Assembly: GCA_051294905.1 (NCBI GenBank)
Contig: CM119372.1
Location: forward strand, 23,562,001-23,626,000
Direction of reading: 5' to 3'
DNA from: Botryllus schlosseri
Lineage: Eukaryota
Length of the DNA stretch: 64,000 nt
Every line of letters begins with the position of its first letter. Within the stretch, counting starts at the first letter, position 1. A model generated the notes under the pieces. That model worked only from the letters and a program-made list of their open reading frames with translations, ran no database searches and was not told where the DNA came from. Below, piece by piece: positions 1 to 18,900 of the stretch. The translations under genes and the position numbers were made by a program.

Positions 1-626
1 TCAAAAGTATTCGATAATATTGCTGATGTAATAATATAAGTAATGTTCTAGGCCTCCACTCAAGTACAAATACAAATAATGGCTTTCAAAGGGGGTTAAA
101 ACTACTTCATGTAGAATTAGAAAAGAGAAACAGTAGAAAAGTACGTGGTTTAAAAAATTACTTTGTGACAATTTATTTATAGTCCTTGAGCTTCCCTATT
201 ACACGATCTCACTGACACATTTGGCTATAAATAGCTCTAATTTCAAAGCTATATACGATGGTCATGTTGATGATGCAGCACACTTCGGCATATAATACTC
301 ATAACATACTACTATTCATAACAATGATGCTGTTCCTATCAAAAACGACTTTATAGCTGTTACAATTTTGAACACAAGCAATTTACCTTTAAAAATGTTT
401 AAAGGGAGGTAATCTAAAACTGAAGTCGCTTATGTAAGGATGTACTCGAATCAGGAAATTTTATTGCCACTCTCAGAAAGGAACTAATCAATGTGTTCAT
501 GTTTGTTTGGCATGCAGTTGGAGACCCGTGATTGGTATCATAGTTGAATATTTTATTATATTACCTTATTCATTGTAATTACCAATATTTCTAGATTTCT
601 ATTTATTGTCTGGTTATTATTTTCAG

Positions 627-5154
<4,528 letters not shown>

Positions 5155-5588
5155 CAATTCCACTCATCAAAAGCGATGCAAGCATAACACAAAACGACTT
5201 TCTACTTCACAAAATCCGAATTGTAAAAAATAAATAATTTTGCGTAAAAAATTGTTAACTAAAATTGGAAGTAGTCAAAGAAGCACCCACTTGAGAGTAG
5301 ACAAAACCTGCTCGATATTTCGAAAAGGGAGAAGTACCTTGTTACTGTCCGGCGACCAGTCTACCTCTGCAAAGGAACAATAATATTCCTGTTCATTGCA
5401 GGGTAACGCCACCATCGAAAAACTTAATGATCACTCTTTGACGAGTATCAGATTTGGTGCAAGAACTAGTGAACACACCAGTCGCATACGAGAACAATGG
5501 ATTGACGTCCACCAACGGCAGGTTGTGCCGTCCTCCATTAGTAAGTACATTATTGATATCATTGACCGGCAGTTTGCATGGTTATTAC

Positions 5589-6617
5589 TAGGGCCATTTT
5601 TATATGACCTTAAAAAATCAATTATATGACTTTATTTTTGGGAAAATAAGACTTTATATGACTTAATGCGAAAATCGTGTATTTTTACATGTAACCAACG
5701 TCACTCATGGAACTGACGAGTAAAACATGAACAACATAACAGTAATACACATCCATTTTTATTTTAAACCACTTTTGAAGTACAGTTTCATGTAGTGTAG
5801 AATGTTGGAGTCTTTAAAGTTACCATTTGGACGTAAAAATGACTTTAGTAAGGAAAATGAGCGCTCCACAGACGCTGATGTTTGTTGACACTTCTGCAGT
5901 TTTGCATACAGGGCTGGTGAAATGTCTTGTCTTTGTAGCTCCATAATTTGTTTCACATCGTTTTTGTGCAATCGCTTCTTAATGTAATTTTTGAGCTAAC
6001 GCGGATCTTTTCCGAAATCGAGGGCATTTAAATCAGCAGAGCCTCTTTGATAGTGTACGTACAACTTTCCATTTTCCGTATCAAGTTTGAAATATGGTTG
6101 TAGTGGAGGCATATTTCTGTTAACTGACTCGTCAACTTTGGATCGTTCACTGAATCTTTGACGCTCTTTACAATAACTCCTTCAGCTTACCATGCGTTGA
6201 CTATTTCCTTCACTTGTGAAAGTCTCTGAATTTCAAATTACGTCCCACTTCAGTGCACAGCAGTAAAACAGATCGCGTAGCAACACAATGCAATGTGTGA
6301 CCTCATAATGCAATGTGTGACCTCATAGGTCTGCGACTGTAATGTTATGTAGGCTAACCTTACAGTTTGCCTTCGCTCAATCAGAAATTGCCTTACTTTC
6401 TTAGTGCGTAATTGCTTCAATTGACACTTTTTATTTAAAGTATACAACAATATGACTTTATAACTCAAATATGACCTAACCAGGAAAATATGACTTTATA
6501 TGACTTCATAACTTTCTTAATATACCCCTTATGGATGCGATTTTTACGTTAAAATTGATTTCACGACTTACTGATGCATAGAAAAAAATATGACTTTAAT
6601 GACTTTAAATGACCCTA
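5589..6617 (-). mobile_element. Non-autonomous hAT element with transposase C-terminal (dimerisation region) remnant
   Basis: TAGGGCCATT...AATGACCCTA termini and perfect 8-bp TSD GTTATTAC (5581-5588, 6618-6625). ORF 5759-5971(-) contains TSASVERSFSLLK, matching the hATC motif S..VER.FS. Subterminal TATGACTT repeats. Confidence 0.85.
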
Positions 6618-6654
6618 GTTATTACTAATTACGTAGTAACTTACTAGCTATTAC

Positions 6655-9600
6655 CAGGGCATGATATGGTATGGCATGGTATGGTATGGAACGCGTTTTC
6701 CATACTTCCATACTTTTTCCATACTTTGGCAGTTTTGCCAGAACCATGACAATAATCCTACTTTCGATTTGTCAAATTGATTGCATACCACAGAAAATCG
6801 CTCGCTGTCAATGTTCATATCTCAAATTGTTATTCATGACTCACCCATTCCGGTCGACATCTATTTGAAGACAAAAAAGTTTCGCGACACGCATATGAAT
6901 GAAAATAATATTATTGATAACACTGGTCAACACATATTTTTAAGCAGACAAAGTAAGAGTGGTTTTGGGGGTTCTGAAGGGCACTGATTACGAATATGAA
7001 CTTAGTTTTTCAAGTTGGCTCTTGTTGTGGAGATAACCCATGGGGCTATTTAGACCAAAATCTCCCATTTTCGCGGTAAAGACTAGATATAAAATCGACT
7101 CAGTCGTACTATAAAGTTTATAAATTCAATCTGCTTGTTATTTTTACACACAGAAGACTCTTTTAAATCAAAATACAGCAACAACACTATATTTAGGGGT
7201 AACTGATTTATCATAGTAACAGACTTTCACGGATATCATGTACATAAATAAACTCCAGTCATGTATATAAGTATTTAGCTAGATACTCAAATAACGTGGC
7301 ATTAATTCAATCAGTTTTACGTCAACCACCTATTATAAATTTGAAATAATGAGTTGGAATATAATATTATTGATATATTTTAAATCACAATTGTTTTTTG
7401 TTCGATTTTCGCCTGTAAGCTATTTAGTGCAGTTTCTCGAAAAGTTCCGGCGATGGTCTGGCATAATATGTTCAATTGTTCATCTCCTCTCCACTGATAT
7501 CTTCATTTTGCTGTTCTGATGTCTTGATAGAACCTCTCCCCTTGCTAATCAACAAGATAATCAGTAAATATATCAAGATGACTGAATAGGAAGTGAACTT
7601 TTATGGTCATGTTTGTGCTCAAGTTTTCGATATGCAGATACGAATTTTCGGACCTACTGTTTGTAGTTGGTTGCTTTGTGATCATCTAAAAAGTTTTATT
7701 TACTACATCTTAGGGAAAATTACATGCAGTGAACTCCTTCCTAATGGGAAATTGGAATCTTTCATCGGTTTTCGACTATACCAGATACCAGATTTAAGCT
7801 TTTCGTTTCAGAGGGTTACTAGGAATACCCACTTTGTTGCCTCAACGGAAAATTATCCATTTACCAGTCAAAAGAAATGAGACGCATATGAGTATTGTAG
7901 TCAGGCCATTCAAGGACAAATTTTATAGTTTTTTACTCCTCTTCAATCTTGGTAGAATGACCAATTGATACAGGAGAATATGTATTTCCGTTGTGCAAAA
8001 GTACAATTGTTAGGCTTGACACACTGCTTTTTTGACAGACAAATATTTCGCATCATGTCATGTTAATATTGATAGAATGACTGAGAATGACATGAGGGTT
8101 CTTCATATTCAATTGGCTATTTATGCGCAGTATAAAATTAGAAAAAAATATGTTTTCTTCCTAGCAAGCGAAATATTTAAGGGTAAATACAGTAATTTTG
8201 GGCTTTTTTAGGGGTATAAATATCTTCTGACGAAGAGCCAATCTGACAAAACTAATGTGATATTCGTAATCAGCAGCCTCAAAAACCCCAGAAACGGCTC
8301 TCAGATGTTCTGCCTAAAAAATTTATTTTTATTTTGTTGACCAGTGTAATTATTCTAATTTAAATATCATCAAAATGAATGATATTCGACCGCTGTCGCG
8401 TTACAATGTCATTTCGCTTATCGTAACTTCCACTACGTAAATGACCAATGGAGTTTTAAAATCGTGGACTCTGATAATGTAGAAGTTACATGAATATTTT
8501 TATCAATTTGTTGAACTTGGAAATAATTGTCTGCACTTTGGGAGGATGATCATCACGTAATATCTATTCGACGGAACCATCATTGTAATTCAAAAATATG
8601 TAGCTTGTCTTGGAGTGACGTTACGATATGCCGGCCTACATCACGCATTGTAACTTCATGAAATCTGGTTATTTCTGATATAATGTACACTGGACAGCGG
8701 ACACCCTGATGTTGGCTAATGAAGCTAATGAGTGTGACCCACAGATTGATGGGTAAAATGGACATTTGATCAGCTGTCGCAAAATGATTGTAGTGATGTA
8801 AAATTATATTTAAAGATATATTCTAATGCAATGGTTTCCAACCGGTGGGGAATTCCACAATTGTGGGGAATTTAGGGCTTCTGTTTGAGAATAGACTCAC
8901 TTGGAAAACAAATTCTTTACATTATTAACCTCGATTATTAAACTTCTGTATGAAATGCCGATCGCATCTCCAATATTACTTCGCTCATTTGCAATTCAGC
9001 AATTCGTATTATCAGTGCCTCCAATTAGCGAGAATAGATTGGACAGTGACACGCAACCTCCCTCATATAGGTTATTGTTATTCATTCGTATGCGAAATGG
9101 TGTCATTGAAATCACATGGTTCATTATAATAAAAGTTCATTTGTATACGAATATGTATTCACGGGAGATCGTGGAATCGCTAATTGATAGCATAGCCGGA
9201 CTTGTTACTGATGAAATGACATGTTTCTTACCGTTCGAGTAATAGTAGCGGGCGGCAGTGTAGGTTATGGTGGCTTATATCTACCATACGCATAAGTTAT
9301 TCAAGACCAGGAAGTTTATCTGACCCATGCAATATATTCGGCATTTACACATGTAAATTGATGCTACCTTGGTACATTTGAAAAAACTTCGAACCCTTTC
9401 TCTTTTCTGTCGGCTTACCTCACATATGCATCATTTTACTGAGACGCAACATTGCATTTATGGTTACCAGTTCACTGCTCATTAAATTTATTGCGTCTGT
9501 TCCATTCTGGGGGTCTTAACTTTCACCAATAGCAAGTCTTTACAAAAGAAAGACTTACCAAATTTAATTGGAAGAGTAATTTTAAAGTGTAGAAAGGTTG

Positions 9601-10022
9601 GGGACCTATTTTATAATTTGACAATACCGTTTTTTATGTAATTCTGTAGATGATGTTACTGCTAGCAGTGCGTTACCACATAGATTTACATGTCGTGAGA
9701 TTCCATTGTGATTTCCAAGTAATCCCGTGTGTATATATTATACGTTCCTACATAGCTGACGATACATGATATAAAGAAACTGGGGATATCATTGTTGCAT
9801 CAGGGCTGTTGAAATGGGTGATTTCATCCAAAATAATTTGAATATCAAAACGCCGCAACATTTCCACACATCAAAAATAGAGTATCACTTGAGAGGTTGG
9901 TCAAGTTGCGAAAGTATGGAAAAAGTATCAAATATGGTATGGAAAATTGCCAAGTATGGTATGGAACAATTGGGTGGGTATGGAGTATGAAAAATTCCGA
10001 TTCCATACCATACCATGCCCTG
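6655..10022. mobile_element. hAT-type non-autonomous element (CAGGGCATG termini) hosting a Chapaev3 insertion
   Basis: CAGGGCATGATATGGTATGG ... CCATACCATACCATGCCCTG with perfect 8-bp TSD GCTATTAC (6647-6654, 10023-10030). Confidence 0.85.
6921..8346 (-). mobile_element. Decayed Chapaev3-type (CMC) DNA transposon
   Basis: TIR CACTGGTCAACA...TGTTGACCAGTG flanked by TAA on both sides. Minus-strand remnants SSLTIVLLHNGNTYSPVSIGHSTK (~7950-8030) and NMTIKVHFLFSHLDIF..D*QGERFYQDI..RYQ (~7490-7615) match the Chapaev transposase motifs SLKAVLLHNGN..S.P..HS and MSLKIHFLHSHLD...SDEHGERFHQDI...E.RYQ. Confidence 0.85.
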
Positions 10023-11789
10023 GCTATTACTCAATTCATTGTGACTGTTGCTCTACACTTGCATATTAATTCAGTGTGCTGTACAGTGTACACGGTTCGT
10101 TTCAATTTCATTGTATTTTGCAGTATCAATAGTACTCCTCAATAATCTTCGCAAGACCAGCGGACTTCTTGCTATCTTTTCGTAGTATCGGAACCTTGAG
10201 ATGTTTTGACAGTAGAAAGGTTTAAAAATATTAACATTTTTCCACATTCACGCAAGACTCGATCTTCGTGTAAGCAATCGGCCAATGCCTAAGTTGTAGT
10301 GTGTATTTGTTTTTGCCTTTCCGTATGGTGATCATGCAGAAAGATATGATATCTCTGGAAACCATGCAATCCTGTACACAGCGACCAGTGTTGACGATTT
10401 TGCTGTTCTGCCGTTGCCGAGTACTCCTAACATTACCGAAATTCCTCGTGTTTTTGCGATTCAATTGCGACAACTTATTGCTGTAGCTTTTTGTGAACTA
10501 TTCAAAAACAGCTCATTTCAATCAATTTTGTGAATTATATAGCGGGAAGAGGATCAAAAACGAACAAAGGGAAACAAAAACAACTTGCTGAGTGTAAGTT
10601 ATAACCTAAACAACGATTTTCAACCATTTTTGCGTGGAAGTTAAGCGAAATATTACATACGCCATATCGTACTGTGGAATTCGTGCCATATGGTCAATTA
10701 AATGTTGGGCATCACTTGCCGTTCCATCCACTTTTAATATCACCACTTATCCACACATTATATCTAATTGGGCTAGATTGAAAAGCAAGGAAAACAAACA
10801 CGATCTATGCGATTGTAACGGGCAATTTTAACGATACCTTTCAATAATTTACAACTGTATTTGAAAATATGTCGCTTTCTTTGAGACATTGTGAAACAAA
10901 CATTGAAGAATTGGGTTGTTTGGTATATTTATCCACGGATTGGTATTGTCACGATTGAAAAAAACCAGAGAACCTTCCTGATTATTATCCAATGTAATGT
11001 AGAACCGTTAGTAGCATGTATGATTGTATACATGTAGGTCTATCAACAGGACAGCTTTATCTTAAGGAACTCCAATTACACCAACATCCGATTCAACGTA
11101 TATTTATTTTATCGATACTTCGTTCTTAATTGCGTTCTAGAATTCCAGCTTCTCCAACAAATTGAAAATATATAGGCCTACTTGTGAAAGGTCGTTATCA
11201 CCAAGACACATTTGAGACCGTCTACAAATATGCCGTGACCGTGTATTTTTCAGCTAATATTTGATCACGTAGCGTGTCATGTCCGTCATCAGTCATGTAT
11301 CATTTCATAAATGATGACTTTTGCATAAGTGTGGTCGCGTAAAATTCCACTGTTCATACAACATTGATATTGTGATGTCATTTCCAGTTTGTGCTAACAA
11401 CAAAACGACGTTAAATGGGCTCTGATATTATTTGCTAATAATTCATTCTGCGTGACTCGTGCCTTAATATTTGTCAGCTACATCGTGTATGTTTTTGGCG
11501 TTTACAAGAATCCCGTATTTTCCAGGCAATAGGCAAGACATGCTTTCCATGTCATCGGTGTCCTTGAATATCGAAGGCGATATCGATGAAAAACTGTGCG
11601 CCACCACGCCGGCTCTTGCGAAACGACCAGTCCCGCCGATGTTGAGATATTTGAGCGCCAAACAGGTATGGTATTCAAGATGCCACCTGGCTCGGAATTC
11701 TATTCATATCCGTTGTTCAGGGCTTGACTTGAGAATATTTCTTTGCCCCAAAGAGTTCTTCTTCAAAATAGCCTTATGTCTCAAAACAA

Positions 11790-12120
11790 GGACTTACTGA
11801 AAGTCCAGGATTTCAGCGCTTTCGCGTGTTGTGACTCTGTGGGTTAATTGATGGAATTGATGAATTCAGCATGTCTTATTGCAGACGTTGACTGATAAAA
11901 AGGTAAACACTGTCTATAGCGGCCTTGTGATCGTTTTTGCATGTCGTCGCTAGGTATTGTGTGCAATAATATAGGCTATCACTTCACTGAAATGTAGGGT
12001 TGGAATTAGCAATATGACGTCACGTGAAGTCATTAGGTTTACACTCGCTTTCACACAGAGCCTTTCAAAAAGCTTCGCGTTCACACGAACCTGAACCTTT
12101 CAGAGGTTCACACCATACAT
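11790..12120 (-). mobile_element. Truncated copy of the TAGGGATGGTGTGAAC family
   Basis: Reverse complement of the left ends at 27432 and 35578 (TGACGTCACGTGA, GAACCTGAACCTTTC...TTCACACCAT). Confidence 0.65.
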
Positions 12121-13284
12121 ATCCTACGCGCATTACTCCTAAGCGCCGAATTCCTTCCATACAGGAACCACTGAGACAGACAATGTCATCAATTATAGCA
12201 TTTACGGTACATTAATTGTAGTTCGTTTGGTGTAACGACATAACACCAATTATTCCAGACTACGAAACGAAAGTGGTGAATCCGTCACGGCTACAGTTGG
12301 AATTTCAAATGCCAGAATTCTCTCCATGCAAACGTTGATCCAACCCAGATGCTACATGTCTTCCGTCAACGCAATATGGACGTGGATCTCTTCCGTTATT
12401 CTTGCATTTCAATTTTTGTTTTCATTTCATGCTCATGGTACAGACGAAATAAATATTTTCTATCATTCATGCGTACCCAGTTCTTCTGTGGAGAGATCAG
12501 TTATTGCTGCGCAGGGTATTCTAGGTTGGGTATGGGCCGAAAAGTATGCTATATTCATACTTCGGTGTGTACTGTGTATGCCTCAATATTGCTTTTTATT
12601 TGAAAAGCTGCGTGTTTAAATTTAATTTAAATCTGTCGTTTCTGTCATTTAATGGGGTATCGCTATCTTGTTAAGATTTTGAAACGAAAAAATATGGAAT
12701 GGTATATGCTCATGATAATAATTAAGCGGATATGTGACGCAGATAATGTAACTAATTACAACGTTTAGAGTTGCGTGCTGGATACGAGCGAAACGCTTCA
12801 TCGAGCTTTAACTTTGTAAGAATGCCTAATCCATGAGTGAGTGGAATGAATGCCTTTCAGTACAAGGTATTCCTTTGTGTAAGTACGACAATCTCTCGCC
12901 AACACAGATTCTGATTGCATGTTACGAAAACGCCCGCGTGTTTTCTCGCAATTCACGTCAACAACTATACAGATATGGACTGAACTTTACGATACCGAAT
13001 AAATTAGGTCCCGTGAAACTTGAGAAGGGTGGTATAGCAAGCTCTAGTCTTCTGTGAAAAATGGTTAAATAGTACATTAAAAGTAGGCCTACCTACCATA
13101 TCCAGTATCCACACGATAATGAGTATAGCCTTCTTGTATTAATCGGCTGCCTAACATTTGAGCACGAGTTGCAATGAAAACTGACAGTTGAGCAATGAGC
13201 ATGCGACTCTTTCGCATGTAACTTTATTACCACAAACCCGACCCCGACATCAACGCGAACCTATTCCTTACCCAAACCCTAATC

Positions 13285-14741
13285 CAGTGGTTCCCGACCT
13301 TTTTCATCTCGTGCCTCCCTTGGCCGAAATTTTAGCCAAAATTCCCCCCTTATGATAAATCTGCCCGATGATTAAAAATGGTCATTTTTACCGCGCAAAC
13401 ATCTGTTGACTGAGAGAATAAGACGGGCGGTACCGAGTGTTTGTTTCTAGCTGTAATATTACTTTGTAGACCTCCAAAAACAATGGTCTTGGTCCCAATG
13501 ACACAAATTCTGGAATGCTTGACTCAACAGACCCCCACACTTCCATTTGTGTTTTCGGCTTCCCATGCACCAATCGCTAATATAACTGCTGTGAAAAATC
13601 AGTATCCATAAATTTACTGGTCTCGCGATTTTTTTCTTAAGTTTGCGTATGCATTTGGCCAAGAATATTGGTACTTTCTTATATAGCCGGGTTGACCAGA
13701 CTTGAGTCTGACTCGAGTCACCATTTTCTGATGACTCGACTTGACTCGAGTCATTTTCTCAAAATACGGAAACGGCTCGACTCGAGACAATCTGGGTATT
13801 GACTCGACTTGGACTTTGACTCAAGACTATAAAACGGCCAAGACCGACATTTCATTGTAATTTCGAAGAACAGTAAAGTGACCACCCTGTTGGAATTTCG
13901 TCTATTGATCCTGGTACTTGACAATGCGACAAGAAACTGCTCAAAGTGAGGAAAATTTGTATATCATAAATCCAAATCATTCAATATCACCAAACAGTGA
14001 TGACGTGACCATGACTCGGACTCGACCGTCTGCTCGGTGACTCGGACTTGACTCAATGGTGAATTGAAAATGACTCGACTTGACTTGAGTCAAAACTATG
14101 AAAGTTAGATTGACTTGGGACTCGGAGCCTCGTGACTGGGTTACAGCCCTGATATATAACATACACGTGATCAGATTCCCTGCTGGAGCTCATTGAAATT
14201 TAGGACACCCATTACGTTTCGGCAACATTGCACCAAGTTTACCATGTCTTTTTTCGATCGGGTAGCTGTTCACTAAAAATGAAGCAAGGCTAGCGATCTC
14301 TTTGACTTGAATTGATGACGTTGGAATATTTTGTCACTGTCTGAAAATGTTGACTTGAAAATATAGGATAAATACTTCCACTAGAGGCCTTGTTGTGATA
14401 GATTCGGCAGTAGGCTACATTTGCTTGCTTAGGATGTATTTGATTGAGAGGCCGTCGCAGGCCTACAGAATTTTCTTGCGAACTGCAACACATCTGAACT
14501 AGTTAAAAAGGGGTGGGGGGGGGGTTGTATGTGAAAAAGAGATTTCAAATAGCATGTGAACATACTTTCAGCAAACAAAAAACAGCCATAAGGAGCATAC
14601 GTTGGAATATAACTGGTTGACTACATGTCAGTTCGGACATGAACTATTTGCGAAATCTGCTACAATTCTAAAGTGGAATTCCTCCCTAAAAATTGCAAAA
14701 TTCCCCCAAGGGGGGAAATCCTCCCCGGTTGGGAACCACTG
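13285..14741. mobile_element. hAT-type element (CAGTGGTTCCC termini) with a nested GACTC-repeat MITE at ~13688-14151
   Basis: CAGTGGTTCCCGACC...GGTTGGGAACCACTG with perfect TSD CCCTAATC (13277-13284, 14742-14749). The internal element is rich in GACTCGAC/GACTTG subterminal repeats. Confidence 0.8.
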
Positions 14742-15540
14742 CCCTAATCTAACCTCAACCCACGTGCTCAAAGTCATAATTCCAGTTGTCTACTGACTGT
14801 ATTATTCCCATCATGAGCATCAGACTGCCACAAACGGTGACGGGGTCGCCGCAGTTTTGGAACCACGGATATAACGGAAGTATACTAAGTAATGAACCCT
14901 ATACGTAAGAAACATATATTTCTCTTGACTACACCACAGGTTGATGTTTCTGCTGACGCTAAGTAGTTTGAATGAACAAAATAGATTATATTGACCCGTA
15001 CGTAGTGCGTGGCAACGAAAGAGTGCAAAAAAGAAGCAATAATAATACTGCTGCGGGTCACGGCAATGACCCGCCATCACAAATAGACCAACCAATACAC
15101 AATAATCGGACTTGCCATAGGCAACGATTGAAAATGAGTTCATATCCAAAGGTAGTGATACCCAAAACGTAATCGGGCGAAGATACAATAACTTGTGATT
15201 CCTGGGTTTGGTTGGCGCGATGCATTTCCACCGCTGAAACAGAATCGTCTCGTGAAGCTGTCAGAAATCAATGCTCGCTATTCGCCGGCCCGATTTGGGA
15301 TAGATGGATTGGAGATTCCCGTGTAGTTGTAAAAGTACGAGGACAGCAAAAGTATGATTGCCCTTATCAGCAACGATAAGCGGAATTCGCTTGTCCATAT
15401 GAAGGTGTCACTGTCCATCCAAACAGCTGAAAAGTGTTTCCATTTGCTAAATTCTGCGTTAATTTAGATACGTCTATCAACGATCTGAATATGCACGAAA
15501 CCTATCTCACGTTGAAATTCTTATTTGGGATTACATGAAT

Positions 15541-15940
15541 TAGGGTTACCATATTTTGGAATCGGGAAAGGAGGACACTTTGTCAAAATTTTCAAACTTA
15601 GAATACCGGTGGAAAATCCTGAAAACTTGAAAAAAAATTCTAACTTCGCAGTCGGTTGACTAAAAAAAAAGGTCATCTTTCTCGCACGGCGACCAAAATA
15701 CTGTTTTTTCCTTCACTTTATCAGGTGGTTGACTAAAAAAAAGATCAACTTTCCACTCCGCTCCCGAAATACCCGTCGGAGCGTCACTTCGGTGCTGATT
15801 TGCGGAATCTCAGTCGAATTTTGATATGGATTTGACCAAAATTCCTCAAAAAGAGGACAAAATCTCAAAAAAGGGGACATTTTCTAAAAACCCAAAAAAG
15901 GAGGACAAATCCTCCTAAAGGAGAACGTATGGTAAGCCTA
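15541..15940. mobile_element. TAGGGTTACCATA-family MITE
   Basis: TIRs TAGGGTTACCATA / TATGGTAAGCCTA, flanked by CATGAAT on both sides, with AGGAC subterminal repeats. Confidence 0.8.
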
Positions 15941-18900
15941 CATGAATGCATCCCATAGAGCGTGGCATTTATGCCGTCAGGTGCTCAGTTAGAGAGGAAC
16001 AAATATGGTTCGGGAGTCGACATAATCGTCCGAGTCAAATTTGCTGTGGCTTCACAAATTCAAATAGTTACCAACTCAGCATTTTTTGTGCGGCATACCT
16101 TGGAAGTCGCCACCAATTCTACAATACACCAGTGATTCTATACTTGATGACGTACGACGCAACACGTACGTGATTAATTCGTAAATATATATTCGTATCC
16201 AAAATCCATATGTGTCTGTGACATGCAACTATAATTGCCTAGAAGCATGTCGTTAACGCATATTGCTAACGAGCAAACCAATGCAATGTAGTTGGTCATC
16301 ATTAGGAATGGGCAAAACGAATCACTGTAAGTTCCAAATCGTTACGAATCAATTTGCCGTCCGATTCGAATCAAGCAGTTCGAAAGCAATCCTCTTTACA
16401 AAATGGAATAGGCTGATTCGAAGCGAATCAACAGGAATATTACCATATCGTTTTTTTCTCATACACCAAAGCAGTCATGCTTGACAGCCCCCCCTCCCCA
16501 ATTGCGATGCGACCTCACTTCTTAAACGATCTCTTGAATACAGTGTACACTATATATGCATGTACAATTGTGCATTCAGTATAACTACGTGTCCAGTGTC
16601 AACTGTGCATTCTGTCCATGCGTTCATTCAAGATATCATTAAAATAGGGATTCCATTCTATTCTGACGTTGGTATTTCCAATACGCATTGGCTGTGATTC
16701 GATTTTGCCCATCTCTTGGAGATGCGTTAGATATCGTCAAAATAAATCGGTTTGTCAGCAGTTTCACTATGTTATTTCACCACAAAGCGTGATATGTACG
16801 GTACACTAGCGCAGTACAATGAATGTAAGCATCGGACCGTAACTGCCGCAGCATAAAACCCCCAGTTGGGGGGGGGGGGGGGGGTGGCGAGCTTATAGAG
16901 AAAAATTATACACCCGTGCAGAAATTTCACTTAGGTATCGTGTGCTTTGCACGGAAGAAGTTATTTAGGTCGGGTAGGTTTGCGCTATTCCGCACTCTTT
17001 TGACTGTAGGCCGGTAGCAGGCAGATGGGATGTCACGAAATACCAACACACAACAGAGTAATTAATAACAACGGGCCCTTCCGCAGATGCTGTATAAGTA
17101 TTAATTGCGGGCCGTAAATTCCCAAAGCTCTAACAGTACCTCTAATCACGTGAGCTGAGTTTGATTGTAATATATCCAATTACCATTATCATTGACTGTA
17201 GTTCAACCATGGATTAAACTTTTTCGCGTTTCGCGCGACCAGACAGTAGTAGCACGCTGACCATCGAGAACGGGAACACATCGATGTGAAAGCGTACAAC
17301 GGGGGGCTGACGAAGTGCTGTTACGATCCTGAGTGTAAGCAGTCGTCACATCGTACTTACTTAGGAAATCAAAGATGATGTACACGTTGAGAACAAACAA
17401 GGATATTCTGACAGCTCTTCTGCTTTGCCAGTTGTTAAACGTTACAATAAAAAACAACGATGCCAAGGTGATCATTGCCGCACCAAATTTTCGCGCATAC
17501 ATCAGCTGAAATGAAATGCTCAGTTTAACGTTCACGACGAAATATATGGAGAACAGGGATCCGATATCACACTGTGACTACTATATACAAATTTAAAACT
17601 TTCAGTGTTAAACAAGTTTGTTGCATCCTCTCGTTATTAGTCCAACTGCTTATCAATATCGGTTTTACGGTTTACTGTTCGTGAAACAGTCAACATTTCC
17701 ACGCATTGGGAGCATGAAGCATCTCACGATACTGATTTGAACTGAACATGCGGTGCACTGCGCACCAGCTGAGAGTAGGCTGTACTTCACGGATCAAATA
17801 CAAAAGAAATACGAACACCGCCCAATCATACTATTCTCACACTAGCACTAGGGTTACCATATTTTGGGATCCTGAAAGGAGGACACTTCTTACAAATTAC
17901 AAAAGTTAGATTACCGGACTAGAAAACTGCCGAATCACGTTGTGTGACTAAACGATAAAAAGGTCATTTTTCCAGCCCTATACTCCCAAAAGACCCGCCC
18001 GAACATCCACATTGCAGATTTCGCGTCATCTATGGAGTTTATTAATTACTTGCTTAGGCTAAACTTTTTCCTAATATCTTTCAACCTGATGATGATTAGT
18101 TTAATTCTAATCATAGCATTTTTTAAATCATTGACGGCACGACAGCCAGACTTCGAGGCCCATGCATTTTGAATGGTTTCAATTGCTAAACATTACTGAT
18201 AGTGAAACGCAAATGACTTAATTCGGACCTAGAGTGTGATTTTAGATTGGTAACACGACAAAGTTTATTACTTTTAGCGCTGTGCTTGGAAAAAACGACT
18301 CGAGAGCGAGTTAGATAGATTCGTTCCTTGTAAGTGTGGAAGTATTTATATTTATAATATTTATATATTGTAAAAAGCGGATTTAAAAGTAGAATGGTAA
18401 TGACGCTGTGTGCCCTGGAGGTAAACCAAAAGTACAATCAGTAAATCTATAAACAGATTGCTTCTCACAGACTCAAATTTACACCCAGTTCTAAGAATCG
18501 GGACAACCGACTTTCATCCCTAATTTTGACCACGAGGACGACCAGCTTATAAATTCTCGTCAATGTTTCTAACGCGTGTATACGTTATCATCAAATCAAT
18601 GTTTGGTTCGTTTTAAATATACAAATACACTTATAGTATTTCTATGTCGTCGGTCACTATATAATCAAGTAACAAAATTGAATTTTGGCTTAGTATCCCA
18701 ATTTTATATAGTGCGGCCCGCGAATGGATACAAATATTGAATGCGGCCCCCGAGCTAAAAAGTTTGTCCACCCCTGCATTGGAGTGATCGACTGCCTATA
18801 CCAGACATGGGGCGATTACACTGGTTTACAAATTTCGAAAAAAAAAATTGCGTTAAAAATCTTAATGATTGATTTAGGCTAATTAAAGGTTGCCGAATCC

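Noticed and set aside
13700..14140. Spaced GACTCGAC/GACTTG repeats resembling a CRISPR array or iterons
   Set aside because: The repeats are short and irregularly spaced at both ends of a MITE, consistent with subterminal transposase-binding motifs in a eukaryotic context.
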